DNA of 64,000 nt from Rhynchobatus australiae (taxonomy: Eukaryota), in assembly GCA_034780895.1 (NCBI GenBank), contig JAUZTB010000001.1, forward strand, positions 90,360,589-90,424,588. The letters run 5' to 3'. Shown one piece after another: positions 41,165 through 53,137 of this stretch. The notes beneath the pieces were generated by a model. It saw only the letters and a program-made list of their open reading frames with translations, did not search any database and was not told the origin of the DNA. A program made the position numbers and the translations under genes. Each line of letters opens with the position of its first letter. Position 1 is the stretch's first letter.

Positions 41165-41419
41165 TTAAATTAAATATTTTAAATTTTATTTACAGTGTGG
41201 TAACAGACCCTTCCGGCCCAATGAGTCCACGCCGCCCATTTTAAAACCCAAATTAACCTACCCGTATGTCTTTAGAATGTGGGAGGACACCAGAGCACCT
41301 GAAGGAAACCCACGCAGACACGGGAGAACGTACAAACTCCTTACAGACAGCGACGGGAATCAAAACCCAATCGCTGGCGCTGTAATAGCGTTGCACTAAC
41401 CACTATGCTACTGTGCCAC
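41165..41419 (-). mobile_element. Full-length young tRNA-derived V-SINE (second tail type)
   Basis: Reversed: tRNA head ggcacagtagcatagtggttagtgcaacgctattacagcgcc, V-domain, CR1-like tail gggccggaagggtctgttaccacactgtaaataaaatttaaaa. Many CpGs retained. Confidence 0.9.
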
Positions 41420-42214
41420 CTCCATTATGAATTTCATAGTCACTTTCTATGGAACAATCAGAAACTCTCACAATCTGCTTTTATCTTCTTGCAAACTTTT
41501 TCTTCAATCCTAAGTTTTCCTTCCTCATTAGTCTTGTAGTCATTCTTTGCTTTTTTAAAAAAAAATTGGTCCAATCATCTGACCTACCTCCTGCCCTGAC
41601 ACAAAATTCTTTGTATTTTGAAAGATTCCCTTCATTATCTGCTACTACACCTTGACACTGGCTAAGTTGCCAATCTACCATATTTACCTCTGCTTTTATG
41701 ACCTCATAGTTGCCACCATTTAAAACTAAAATATTAGTCTTGGACACATAATCCTTTTCACCAAAATAAAAGTATGCTTCAATTGCACTATGTTCACTGC
41801 TATCCCAGGATCCATTCATGATGAGTTCATCAAGTTACACTATCTCATTGCACAATACTGGAACTACTATAGCCTGCTCTCTGGTTGTCTCCAGAGCACA
41901 CTATTCTAGAAGCCTATCTCTAAAACACTACAGACTCCTCATTTAGGCTGCTTTCGTCCATTTGATTTTTCCAGTCTATGTTGATTAAAATCCCCAATGG
42001 TTATTACAGTACCTTTCTGATAAACTCCCATTATTTCTTCTGATTTTCCATTTCCCTAAAGGTCATAATTATTTTATATTAACTGAACAGGATACGCCAT
42101 TGAATGCCGCCAAGAAGGCTTTCTTTAGTCTGTTAACATTGTGCCAACTCTCAACAAATTCCAGCTGAAATAAAATTCTTCTGCCAAAGGCACCTGAATT
42201 GAAATTTGGTACAA

Positions 42215-43620
42215 AAACATAAACTGCTGGAAATACCCAGCAGGTCAGACAATACTTGTGGAGAGAAAAGCAAAGTTAAAAGTTCAGGTTGATGAACTTT
42301 TATTAGAATTGAAGTTTGACAGCGCAGGCCTTCAGCAGATGCACCAAGAGAAGGAAATACAGGAAATCAAGGGGGCATATGTAAAGTTTATTTCCTGGTT
42401 AGATTTGCAAGAAGTGTTAAATCACTGAAATCCAGGAGAGGAGAAACAAAAAACACTAAATGCTGGAAATCTGCTGGAAAGACTCAGGAGATCAGGCAGC
42501 ATCTGTGGAGAGATTAGCAATAATTACTGTTTTAGGCCAATTACACATCATCAGAACTAAAGAAAAAAAAGGAAGTGTTTTCATGTTGCATAGAGGGGGC
42601 AGGATCATTGAGAATAAAGGGAATGTTTGTAATAGGGTAGAAACCAAGGTTGTCCAGGTGGCAAAATGCTTTTGGTGCTGTCCAGTTTAAAGATGAGAGA
42701 GAGCATTTGGAGAGAGAAAATAAAAGGACATGCTAGAACTGCAAGATGCCGAACACAGCAACCTCAGGGAATATGAAACAAAAGAGAATACTAGAAATAG
42801 CAACATCAGACAGCACCTGTGGAGAAAGAAAAAGTGAACTAAATTTACAGGTGGATGACCTTACATTAGAAGTGACTGGTTCTGACATGAACAGGAATGG
42901 ATGGTTATCAAAACTGTCGAATTCAATGCTGAATCCCCAGATCTAAACACAAGGTGAGATGCTGTTTTTCAAGCTTGGTTTGGCTTTCTAAGAGGCCCAA
43001 GATAGGTCAGTGCAGGAGTGGGATGAAGAATTAACCTGACAGGCGAATGGAAGCTCAGGGTCACTGCTGCAGTTTGAGTGGAGATATTTTACAAAGCAGC
43101 CACCCAATCTGCATTTGGTTTCTCTAGTCAAGAGCACGATCATTGTGAACACCAAATAGAGTCATAGAGTTATACAGTATGGAAACAGGCCCTTCAGCAC
43201 AACTGGTCCATGCCAACCAAGGTGCCCCATCCAAGCTAGTCCCATTTACCAGCATTTGGCCCATAACCTTCTAAACCATTTCCAATCTGTGTACCTGTCC
43301 AACTGTCTTATAAAAGTTGCTGCTATACCTACCTCAACTACTTCCTCTGGCAGCTCATTCCACATAGATACCACTCTTTGTCTAAAAAAAATGTTGCCTC
43401 TCAAGTCTCCATTAAATCTTTCCCTTCTCACCTTAAACCTATGTCCTCCAGTTCTTGATTCTCCATCCCTGGGAAAAAGACCAAGGGCATTCACCCTATC
43501 TATGTCCCTCATGATTTTATACACCTCTATAAGATCATAAAATGCAATACACTGGATTGGAAGAAGTGCAAGTGAATAGCTGTCTCACCTTATGGAATCA
43601 CGCAAGTCCCTAGATGATGC
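42215..43620 (-). mobile_element. Penelope-like element: GIY-YIG remnant plus three tandem terminal-repeat units, split by a CR1 insertion
   Basis: Minus strand reads VRQLFTCTSSNPVYCI | CR1 | ..RETKCRLGGCFVKYLHS..PELPFACQVNSSSHS..KLEKQHL..GFSIEFDSF. Repeat units near 42220, 42450 and 42780. Confidence 0.8.
43157..43538 (-). mobile_element. CR1 3' end nested in the Penelope element
   Basis: ORF 43246-43524 YKIMRDIDRV..RTGGHRFKVR..QRVVSMWNELPEEVVE, with tail ctctatgactctat. Confidence 0.9.
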
Positions 43621-43844
43621 AAAGTTAAAGGAGGCAGGTATTGCATCTCCTCCAGCTGCATGGGAAAGTGTTCAACCAGCCAAATGTGTGTGGTGGTGGA
43701 GGAGGTCTGGTTGGGCTTCTGTTCAAGGAAGGAACAAGTGCATTCTGAACATCCTGAGGTTTAATTGGTTTAAGTTTATGAACTGACCAGGCCTTTGCAT
43801 CAAGGGCAAACAATTGCAAAATTCAATTCAGTTAACAACACAAG

Positions 43845-44265
43845 AAACTGAACCAGAAGTGAGTCACAAGGTCCCTCAAGCTTTATCTGCCAGTTACTAA
43901 AATTATCCTGATCCTCCACCTCATTCATAATGATATTTAATCTTCACATTTTTCAATTTTCTTACAAATCCATTAATCATAATGCTGAGAACACTTAGCC
44001 ACCAAACATCCACAGTCCTTTTGGGTAGAGAATTGAAAGATTCACAATCTAATCAAAATAATTTCCCTTAAGTCAGCTATAAAAGGCTGACCCTGCATCT
44101 AAGATTATGCCTCCAGTTTTAGACTTGCCAGTCAGGATCAACAGTCTCTTAGCAGCTACTCTATCGATGCTTCTTGGAATCTTAAACATTTAATGAAAAT
44201 AACCTCTAATTCTTCTGATGTGAAAGAATTCTATCCAGTGAAGGTAACCACTTCATAACAGTAAT
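43845..44265 (-). mobile_element. Old CR1 3' remnant
   Basis: tccacagtccttttgggtagagaattgaaagattcacaatc resembles reversed RVVNLWNSLPQ. Confidence 0.6.
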
Positions 44266-44269
44266 CAGT

Positions 44270-45110
44270 CAGAAATCCAAGCTGCTGTAGAGCTAAGGGA
44301 CCTTGAAGTACAAGTACATGGTTCACTGAAAGTGGAGTCACAGGTCGACTGGGTGGTGAAGGCCACTTTTGGCATGCTGGCCTTCATAAGTCAGAGTATT
44401 GAGTATAAAAGTTAGGAGGTCATGGTGCAGTTGTACAGGATGCAGGCGAGGCTGCACTTGGAGTATTGTGTTCAGTTTTAGTTGCCCTGCTATAGTAAAG
44501 ATGTTATTAAACTGCAAAGGCTGCAAAAAAGACTGACAAGAATGTTGCCAGGACTTGAGGGACTTAGTTCTTAGGATAGGTTGGACGGGCTAGGACTTTA
44601 TTCCTTAGAGCATAGGAGGCTGAGAAGTGATTTTATAGAGGTATATAAAATCATGAGGGGCATAGATAGGGTGAATGCACTCAGTCTTTTTCAGAGTTGG
44701 GGTATCGAGAACTAGAGGACATAGGTTCAAGGTGAGAGGGGAAAGATTTTCTGAGGGGAAACTTTTTCTCCGCCCACACAAAGCGTGATATCTATGTGGA
44801 ATGAGCTGTCAGAGGAAGTGCTTGAGGCAGGTACAAGAACAACTTTTAAAAGACACTGGACAGATTATGGATGGAAAGCTTTAGAAGATTATGGGGTGCT
44901 CTGGTCTCCTCCCACATTCCAAATATGTACGGGTAGGTTAATTTGGGGTTTAAAATGGGCAGCGCGGACTCATTGGGCCAGAAGGGCCTGTTACTACGCT
45001 GTAAAAAAGTTATGGGCAAAACGCTGGCAAATAGGACTAGCTTGGATAGGGCATCTTGGTCAGCATGAACCAGTTGGGCTGAAGGACCTGTTTCCATGCC
45101 CTATAACTCT
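44270..45110 (+). mobile_element. CR1 RT to 3' end
   Basis: VHGSLKVESQVDWVVK..LHLEYCVQF..EVYKIMRGIDRV..WNELSEEV, followed by the CR1 tail. Confidence 0.9.
44896..45009 (+). mobile_element. 5'-truncated V-SINE nested in CR1 with 7-bp TSD
   Basis: Same family as 41165-41419. Flanked by ttatggg at 44889-44895 and 45010-45016. Confidence 0.85.
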
Positions 45111-46134
45111 ACATCTTTCATTAGGCATAAAAAAACAAAACAACGCAAGTGTTTTCTTTGTGTGGTCTCAGTGAAGTCCTGTACTATTACATCAAGACTT
45201 CTGTAATCATTTCTCCAAGCCTCTTACATTAAAGAACAATATTCAAATTTCTCTTTCCAATTGCTAACTCTACCTGCAAATTAATTTATCTCAATTAGAT
45301 GACAAAAAATTTGGATTCTGCAAACTGCAGTAGGGGACAAAAGCAACATCAGCAGCCAAGGGCCANNNNNNNNNNNNNNNNNNNNNNNNNNNNNNNNNNN
45401 NNNNNNNNNNNNNNNNNNNNNNNNNNNNNNNNNNNNNNNNNNNNNNNNNNNNNNNNNNNNNNNNNGGGACAAAAGCAACATCAGCAGCCAAGGGCCATAC
45501 ATCTTTGTCACCACCAAGTTCTCCAGAATTTTCAATCTTTTTACACAAGAAAATGCCAGAGTCAAAAACAAAGTGAAAGCAAATAAATGACAACTGTACA
45601 TAATTATAGGTATCCACAGTATTTTCCTCAACATACACCTGAAAAATTTGATCATGTACTAACCCTGGGGGATTTGTTATTACTGAGATTACTGTGACCT
45701 CTACCTTAAGAGAGATATACACAGGGAATTTGTTATTATACACAAACATTAATATTTCTTAAGTCCTGAAAAAAGAATGCAACTTAATAAGAAATTTGTA
45801 ATTCATTACTTTATATCAAAATCTCCTTTCAGTCCTTTAAGGAGAGCCACGCATTCTAACTCATTGAATCATCATTTGAAAATTAAAGAATATTTCAAAG
45901 CTTTCCCGATTCTGGACAGAATCTGGGATATTTTTGTTTTTGTGGAATCTGGCTATGGCTGGCAACAAACATTTATTACTTATCCCTAAGTGNNNNNNNN
46001 NNNNNNNNNNNNNNNNNNNNNNNNNNNNNNNNNNNNNNNNNNNNNNNNNNNNNNNNNNNNNNNNNNNNNNNNNNNNNNNNNNNNNNNNNNNNCTAAGTGC
46101 CCATGAACTGACCATGAGTAGATTATTAGCAACT

Positions 46135-46225
46135 AGCAATCTGCTGGAAGAACTCAGCAGGTTGAGCAACATCTGTGGGAGGAAAAGAATTGCTGACGTT
46201 TTGGGCCCAAACCTGCATCAGTTCC
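46135..46225 (-). mobile_element. Penelope-like terminal-repeat fragment
   Basis: Minus strand reads CTGATGCAGGTTTGGGCCCAAAACGTC..CCCACAGATGTTGCTCAACCTGCTGAGTTCTTCCAGCAG. Confidence 0.7.
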
Positions 46226-46849
46226 ATCGATTCCTTAGCAACAGTAGCAATTTGAAGTCATGAATCTTCAGAACATGATTATTTTCCTCCATCTTACAAT
46301 ATTTAGAGAAGTGGGTAAGTAACCTGTGGATGATTATGTCACATTCTTCCATAGCTCTCTTGAAGCTGTATGTGCATTTTGATTAGAAATCTTCTAACAT
46401 TAGTTCATTATTTGAGATTTATCAAAGAGGGGAAAAAAACTAATGAATCAGATGGTTTTTAAGACAATCTGTGGGTTTCATGATTACTCTGACTTTTTAA
46501 AAAAAATTTCATATTAATGTGTTGTTTGAATTTAAATTCCAAATATTAGGCAACTTTATGATAGTACTAAAATAAATGAACAGTAATAGGAGACAATTAT
46601 TGAACAAAATGTGGCCACAAAATTCCATTCAGGAGAACTTTTTCAACTACTAATTAGCAAGTTCAAAAGGGAAGTGGGGGGGGGGGGGAGGTACAGTTTA
46701 GTGCTCACTTTTGACGAGTGAAGCTGAACAGATGGAAGGAACATCAGTGGGAGAATAATTTTAATGGCAGTGTTCATAATTCAGTTACACTTACCATGGC
46801 TATGGATATGCTTCAAAGAATAACAAGAGTCCAAAGTCCTCAACTGGCA

Positions 46850-47335
46850 AAGTAGTGAATACTGATGTAATCATTAAGTATCTCTGCTATTTCTTCCGGA
46901 TCCATACACACTTTCTCACTGTTGCACTTGATAGGTCCTATTCTTTCATGTCTTATCCTCTTGCTCTTCACATACTCTTGGAATTTTCCTTAATCCTACC
47001 AGCCAAGGCCTTCTCATGTCCCCTTCTGGCTCTCCTAATTTTCTTCTTAAGCTCCCTTCTGTTAGCCTTAATTCTTCCAGATCTCTAACATTACCTATCT
47101 CTCTGAACCTTTTGTAAGCTTTCCTTTTGACTAGATTTATTATAGCCTTTGTACACCATGGTTCCTGTATCCTATTGTAACTTTCCTGTCTCATTGGAAC
47201 ATGCCTCTGTAGAACTCAACACAAACATCCCCTGAATATTTGCCATATTTCTTCTGTACTTTTCCCTGAGAACATCTGTTCCTAATTTATGCTTCCGATT
47301 TCCTGCCTGAGAGCCTCATAATTCCATTTACGCCA
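46850..47335 (-). mobile_element. CR1 internal fragment (EN-RT linker)
   Basis: NRIQEPWCTKAIINLVKRKAYKRFREIG..RRARRGHEKALAGRIKENS. Confidence 0.8.
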
Positions 47336-47551
47336 ACTTAGTTTAATTTAACAAAATGTTTAAATCTACAGGTACCATTAAGCTTTCTATTCAGTTCATG
47401 AATATTTAGAAATGAAAATTCATTTTAACAAGTACAGAATATAACAGCTCCATTAGCAACGTGCAAGACAGTGATCTAATGAGAGTTCAAAAAGTAATTA
47501 TAAATATTAATTGTGCAGAACCACCTGAACACAATTAAATACAATGACATA

Positions 47552-47650
47552 CACCTGAAACATTAACTATTTCCCTCTTCAAGGATGCTGCCTGACCTGC
47601 TGAGCTTTTCTGTTTGCATTTCAGACTTCCAGCATCTGCAATATTTAGAT
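47552..47650 (+). mobile_element. Penelope-like terminal-repeat fragment
   Basis: cctgaaacattaact..gatgctgcctgacctgctgagc..tttcagacttccagcatctgca. Confidence 0.65.
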
Positions 47651-48714
47651 TTTGGACAATACATTTTTTAAATTATTCTCTGATATTTATTCTTAGTTAT
47701 TTATTATTCATAAAAGAATATAATTTTCTAACTTGAACTCTTGACAACTTCATTTTTAGTGTGAACAAAAATATGTCAAATCAGCGACCTTTCTCGGTAC
47801 TTGCAGGGTTAATGTGTAAATATAACTTAAAAGCAGCACACTGATTCCTAGTACATCTGACAGTTTGTTTTTATCATTCATGGTGGACTGCACATTGCTA
47901 ACAGTCTGCATAACCCAACAATGCTCACAGCTGCTTTCCCTCAATTGTCAACAACAAAAAAAATAGTTGGCAGTAACAAAAATCAAAGCCAAAGGGCAGG
48001 AACATAAATGCTCCATTTATAAATAATTAGGCATTGCGTGCAAAGCTTTTGTTTTTAAAAGTAGTGACACACCCANNNNNNNNNNNNNNNNNNNNNNNNN
48101 NNNNNNNNNNNNNNNNNNNNNNNNNNNNNNNNNNNGTTCTATAAAAGACACAATTTACTGTCTCCCTCAATTCAAGTACAGGGAACAATTTAAGTGAAAC
48201 CATGGCAGGCTTTCTCTAATGCCAGTGAGCCTCTGGAGGATCAGAACATATTAATTACCAATCTGCATTTAGTTACCAATCCAAACAGTGCTGGAAAATA
48301 GTTTACTCGGGCTAGGCAATCTCACAATTTTCAAAACTTAATTTGAAAATTTTGTCTTTCATTTTGTCAACTAATCAGTTAGCTTTTATAAACAAGAATA
48401 GGGTATATTTCTAATTGGAGGAAAAAGTCTATTAGCATAGCAGCTTTAGTCTCAGCTGTGCTGTCCTCCAGTTGATCAGTCAGCTATTTCTTAGCAGCCA
48501 ATCCACAGGAATAACTAGTTGGACAAAGACACAATGCCCATGGAAATGCAACTTGAACAAAATAAGTAGTCAAGAAAAAACAGGAGGAACAAAAAGATTG
48601 TGGGGTGTGTGGGAAGGATGAAAAGCATGCAAGCAAGGTAAAGACAAGTCCACCAACAATAATTATTGGAACCAAAAATTCAGAACTGAAGATTTATGGA
48701 AATGTCATACTCAT

Positions 48715-50310
48715 CATAGATTCATAGAAATAAACAGCATGGAAAAAGGCCCTACAGCCCAACTCGTCTGTGCCAATTGAGGTACCTTCCTGAGCTAGTC
48801 ATTTGGCCCACATCCCTCTAAACCGTTCCTACTGATGAACCTGTCCAAATGTCTTTTGAATATTGTAATTGTACCCGCCTCTACCACCTCCTCTGGCAGC
48901 TTCTTCCATATTCCCACCACTGTGTGGAAAAACTTGCCCCTAAGAACCCATTTAAATCCTTCCCCTATCATCTTAAACCTATGCCCTCTGGTTTTAGACT
49001 ACCCTACCCTGGGAAAAAGACTGACTATCCACCTTATCTATGCCCCCCTTGAGTTTATAAACCTCCTTAAGGTCACTCTAGTAGCCTTCACTCCAGGTAA
49101 AACAGTCCCAGCCTATCCAATCTCTCCTCATAAATCAAGACCTCGCATCCCAGCAACAGTCTTGTAAATCTTTTCTGCACCCTACCGAGCTTCATTGCAT
49201 CCTTCCTGAAGCATGGCAGCCAGAACTGCAGACAATATTCCAAGTGCAGTCTCACCCTCTAACATCCTGCACAGCCCTAACACGACATCCCAACTCTTAT
49301 ACTTGATGCCCCATCCGATGAAGGCAAGATACTAAATGCCTCCTTCACGACTTCCTCTACCCATGTCACCATTTCCAGGGAACTATGTACTTATACCCAG
49401 AGATCTCTCTGTTCTACAGAACCACCCCCACCCCCCCCAGGGCCCTGATATTTACTGTTCAACTTACCAAAATGTTCACATTTGTCTGAGTTAAATTCCA
49501 TCTGCCATTCCTTTGCCCACTATCCCAGGTATTCTAGATCCTGTTGTAACCTTACCATACCACCAATTTTGGTATCATCTACAAACCTGCTAATCATGAC
49601 AACTACATTCTCATCCAAATTATCACTATATATGACAAATAGCAAGGGACCCAGAATCAATCTCTGCAGCACAGCTCTGGTCACAGGCCTCCAGTCTGAA
49701 AAACCCTCTGCTGCCACACTCTGACTCCTTTTACCAACCTAATTTTGTATCCAATTGGCTAGCTCACCCTGGATCCTACATGACCTCACCTTCTGGACCA
49801 GCCTACCGTGCAGAACCTTGTTAAAAGCCTTGATAAAGTCCATATGGACAACCCCTACCTGCCTGCCTTCATTAATGCTCTCGTTCATCTCTTCAATAAA
49901 CTCAATTAAATTTGAGACATGATTTCCCAAGCACAAAGCCATGCTAACTATCCCTAATCAGTCCTTGCCTTTCCAAATACAAATAAATTCTGTCTCTCAG
50001 AATCCCTTCCAGTAACTTACCCACCAATGATGTGAGGCTCACTGGCCTATAGTTCCCTGACTTGTCCTTGAAGTCCTTCTTAAATAAAGTCACAACATTA
50101 GCCACCATCCTGTCTTTTGGTACCTCACCCGTGGTGAAAGAAGATTTAAAAATCAGGTTTATCATCACTGACTTGTATGTCATGACCCAGTAATTTCTTC
50201 CCTTGTTTCTCACAGCATCCCAGGGAACAGTTGGTCAGGCCCTGGGGATTTATCCACCTTTATGCCTCTCAAGACCAGCAATACCTCCTCTTTCTTAATA
50301 GTGATGTATC
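48715..50310 (-). mobile_element. CR1 RT to 3' end
   Basis: GNYRPVSLTSLVGKLLEGILRD, MDFIKAFNKVLH, ILGPLLFVIY, ISRFVDDTK, and the CR1 tail. Confidence 0.92.
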
Positions 50311-50439
50311 TTCATTCATAGAAAGTTATTTCATCAATTCACGACATGGGAATATCATGACCCCAGGCAACTTCCAGCTCAACAGCAACAAAGCACACAA
50401 AAGTCAAGTCACTTTTCTACAATGCAAAATAAGTCTGAA

Positions 50440-51900
50440 AGCAGATAAAAGTACATTTTTAAGGCCTATATTCCTAATTGCCATTATGAAGGTAACGAGC
50501 TGCAGTCCTTCTGGCAAAGGTACTCCCTCAGTGCTATTGGGTAGAAACTTCCAGGATTTAAACTTAGTGATGATGAAGGAACAGCGATATAATTCCAAGT
50601 CAGGATGATGCACGACTTGGGAAAGCAACCTGCATCTGGTGGTGATCCCTATTGCCTGCTGTCTTTATCCATCTTAATGGTAAAATACATGGATTTGGAA
50701 CATGCTGCTAGATATCCAAGATAAATAACAGCACATACTGTAGCTATTGTACCCCAGTGCTGGAGGTAATGAATATTTAGTTGATATGAGTGGTGCCAAT
50801 CAAGCAGGCTGCTCGGTCCTGGATGGCCAAACACTACCTCCAATCCTCCCAACCTTAGAATATTGATGGTGGTGGTGAAGGGTCGTTTAGCTTGGCAAAG
50901 GTAATGCATTGAATGCCACAGTCAGTAGCCAGGTTCTCCCTTGATGATGATGGTCATTATTTGGCAGTTATCAGCCCCTGTTGCAATGTCCTGGAGCCAG
51001 GATGACTGACATCCAGTCATAACCATCCTCTTCGATACAAGGTGCGACACCAACCTCTGGCTGTTTCCTCCAGTTTTATCAGGGCTCATTAAGGCAGCAT
51101 TTGAGGGTGGCATCAATGTTAAGGACATTCATTCTTAGTTCATCTCTGGAAATCAGTTCTTTGATCCATGTTTGGACCAAGGCTGTGAGAAGGACAAGTC
51201 AAGGTGATCCTGACAAAACCCAAATTGGTAGTAGTGAGCAAGTTAGAGTAACTACTACTGACCTAATACCCCTGCTTTGTCCTTGAAAATTCAATCAGTT
51301 CGCTTATTGGCAGTGTTACCAGATTAATCCTGGGACATGGAAGTCCCCATCCAAAGAATATTCTGTGCCCTTGCTACTCTCCATCCTAATGCTGTTCAAC
51401 AAGGAGGAGTACTGTTTTATTAAGTTAGGGTGGATGGCAGCTGGAAATCAGAAGACATCCTTCCATATGTCCAACCTGATGCCATGAGACTTCGAGTTCC
51501 GGAGTCAATACTGAGGTCTTTCAAGGTTTCTCCCTCTCATATACTCCTGTACTACCACTTCTAGTAAATTCATTCTGCTGGTGTGACAGGATGTACCAGG
51601 GGTTGTGATGGAGGATTCTGTCATTGTTTGACAGTGTCAGAATCTGACAGCATGTCAAATTTTGACACTGTCATAAATGTCAATTGCCACAAATGTCACA
51701 GTGTCAATTGGTAGACTAACTGGTGGAACAGCTCTCCTAATTTAGACGCTAGTCCTCAGATGTTCCCAAGGAGAACTTGGTGATGTCAACTGGGGTGGGA
51801 GTGATTTTGCCATGTTAATTTTTATGCCCATGTCAAAGAGAAGTGGTCTGTCCAATGTTATCTTTTACATTTTTTAACATAGTAGTTGCAACATAACTGA
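50440..51900 (-). mobile_element. Degenerate CR1/L2-group LINE of a different family
   Basis: HHPDLELYRCSFI..KSWKFLPNST at the C-terminus; LVQTWIKEL..LNIDATLK resembles the RT region. A related 3' fragment lies at ~45935-45992. Confidence 0.6.
51619..51706. repeat. TGACA/TGTCA cluster with a 45-nt palindrome
   Basis: Ten exact TGACA/TGTCA pentamers. 51629-51673 forms a 21-bp stem with 19 Watson-Crick pairs. Confidence 0.9.
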
Positions 51901-52695
51901 ATGGCGCAGAGGAAAAAAAATCAAGACATATTTCTCAGTGATGCTTTTATGTAAAAGGGCAAAGTTCCATACATAGGCTGTAACCTCCTCTACCCAATGG
52001 AAAAAATATGACTGAAGTAGACTACTGAATGGGGGAGAATCAGCTGAATTGAAAACAATCCCTAATTAATAGACTTCTTCTTTTCTCCCAACAGGTTGCT
52101 TGATTGTAAAATTGATGAATCATTTTATTTTTCTGATTCTGAGTCAGTAAGGCTATTTATAATAACGTGGCTCCATTTGAGATTGGCAAAGTCAGCACCA
52201 AAGATTCAGCCTGTGACTTTTCAGCTAACTTGCTGAGTCATGAGGGCAACTTTGTGTAACTTAATTTTAGAAAATTTATTTTCCACTAGTGACCAAGGAG
52301 AAAAGTGTTTCCCATGATGTGGTACATGAATCAGAGTATTTGATTAGTCTATTTCAATTCTGGGACAAAAACAGTGTAAATTAGCTTGGGTGTCTCTTGG
52401 TCAGAGAGACCGTAAAAAAAAAAATTGTTTGTTTTTCCTGATCCAGTTACACTCTGAAGGAAAATGAACATGTAGACAGACAGGTGAGAACAAAGTCCAC
52501 CCTTGACATAACCCAAGTTTCTTGTGTATAGCTGAGGGATACAAGAGAAAAGTTAAGAAAGAGAATTACCATTATTTTTACTCTTGCAATTGGAAAAAAG
52601 ATTCTAAACATTGCTATATAAAACCATTTTTGTAAATATATTGGAATGTAACTGGCAAACTAGTTCTGTGATGGCACTATCTAGGTTACCAGGGT

Positions 52696-52756
52696 AATAA
52701 GATATCTTTATTAGTCACATGTACATCAAAACACACTGTGAAGTACATCTTTTGCT
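52696..52756 (-). mobile_element. V-SINE tail fragment
   Basis: aagatatctttattagtcacatgtacatcaaaacacac is the reverse complement of 11875-11912. Confidence 0.8.
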
Positions 52757-52759
52757 TGC

Positions 52760-52940
52760 CTGGATTAACAACATAGAGATGCAAGTTCAAATCTCACCAC
52801 AGCAGTATGAAATTCAAGTTGTTGTAAAAGCCTATTTAATTCATTAATGTTCCTCTGCATGAAATCTGCAATCCTTTCACAGTCTGGTCTAAAGGTGATT
52901 CCTGTTCCAAAGCATCATAGTTGGCTCTGAAATGGCGTAA
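52760..52940 (+). mobile_element. Old tRNA-derived SINE (other family)
   Basis: B-box-like agttcaaatctcaccacagcag, then gaaatctgcaatcctt..gtctggtcta..ctctgaaatggc. Confidence 0.5.
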
Positions 52941-53079
52941 CCCTGATCAGACAGGCCACAACAGAAAACCGAAGGGAAGAAAATAAAATGTAACTTGATG
53001 AAATTCTACAATAANNNNNNNNNNNNNNNNNNNNNNNNNNNNNNNNNNNNNNNNNNNNNNNNNNNNNNNNNNNNNNNNN

Positions 53080-53137
<58 letters not shown>

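Larger units (their letters stand above)
39475..42050 (-). mobile_element. Long degenerate CR1 (endonuclease to 3'UTR), interrupted by a SINE
   Basis: Reversed motifs: ttaaaatccccaat (GDFN), tttgtgtcatcagcaaattt (KFADDTK), and 3'UTR ccctcaagcctgttccacca. Confidence 0.8.

Noticed and set aside
45334-45497. 32-bp direct repeat, superficially CRISPR-like
   Set aside because: Two copies flanking a 100-N gap: an assembly overlap artefact in a eukaryotic intron.
53080-53135. Long poly-C tract / polyproline ORF
   Set aside because: Abuts a gap. Likely a sequencing or assembly artefact, or a homopolymer of unreliable length.
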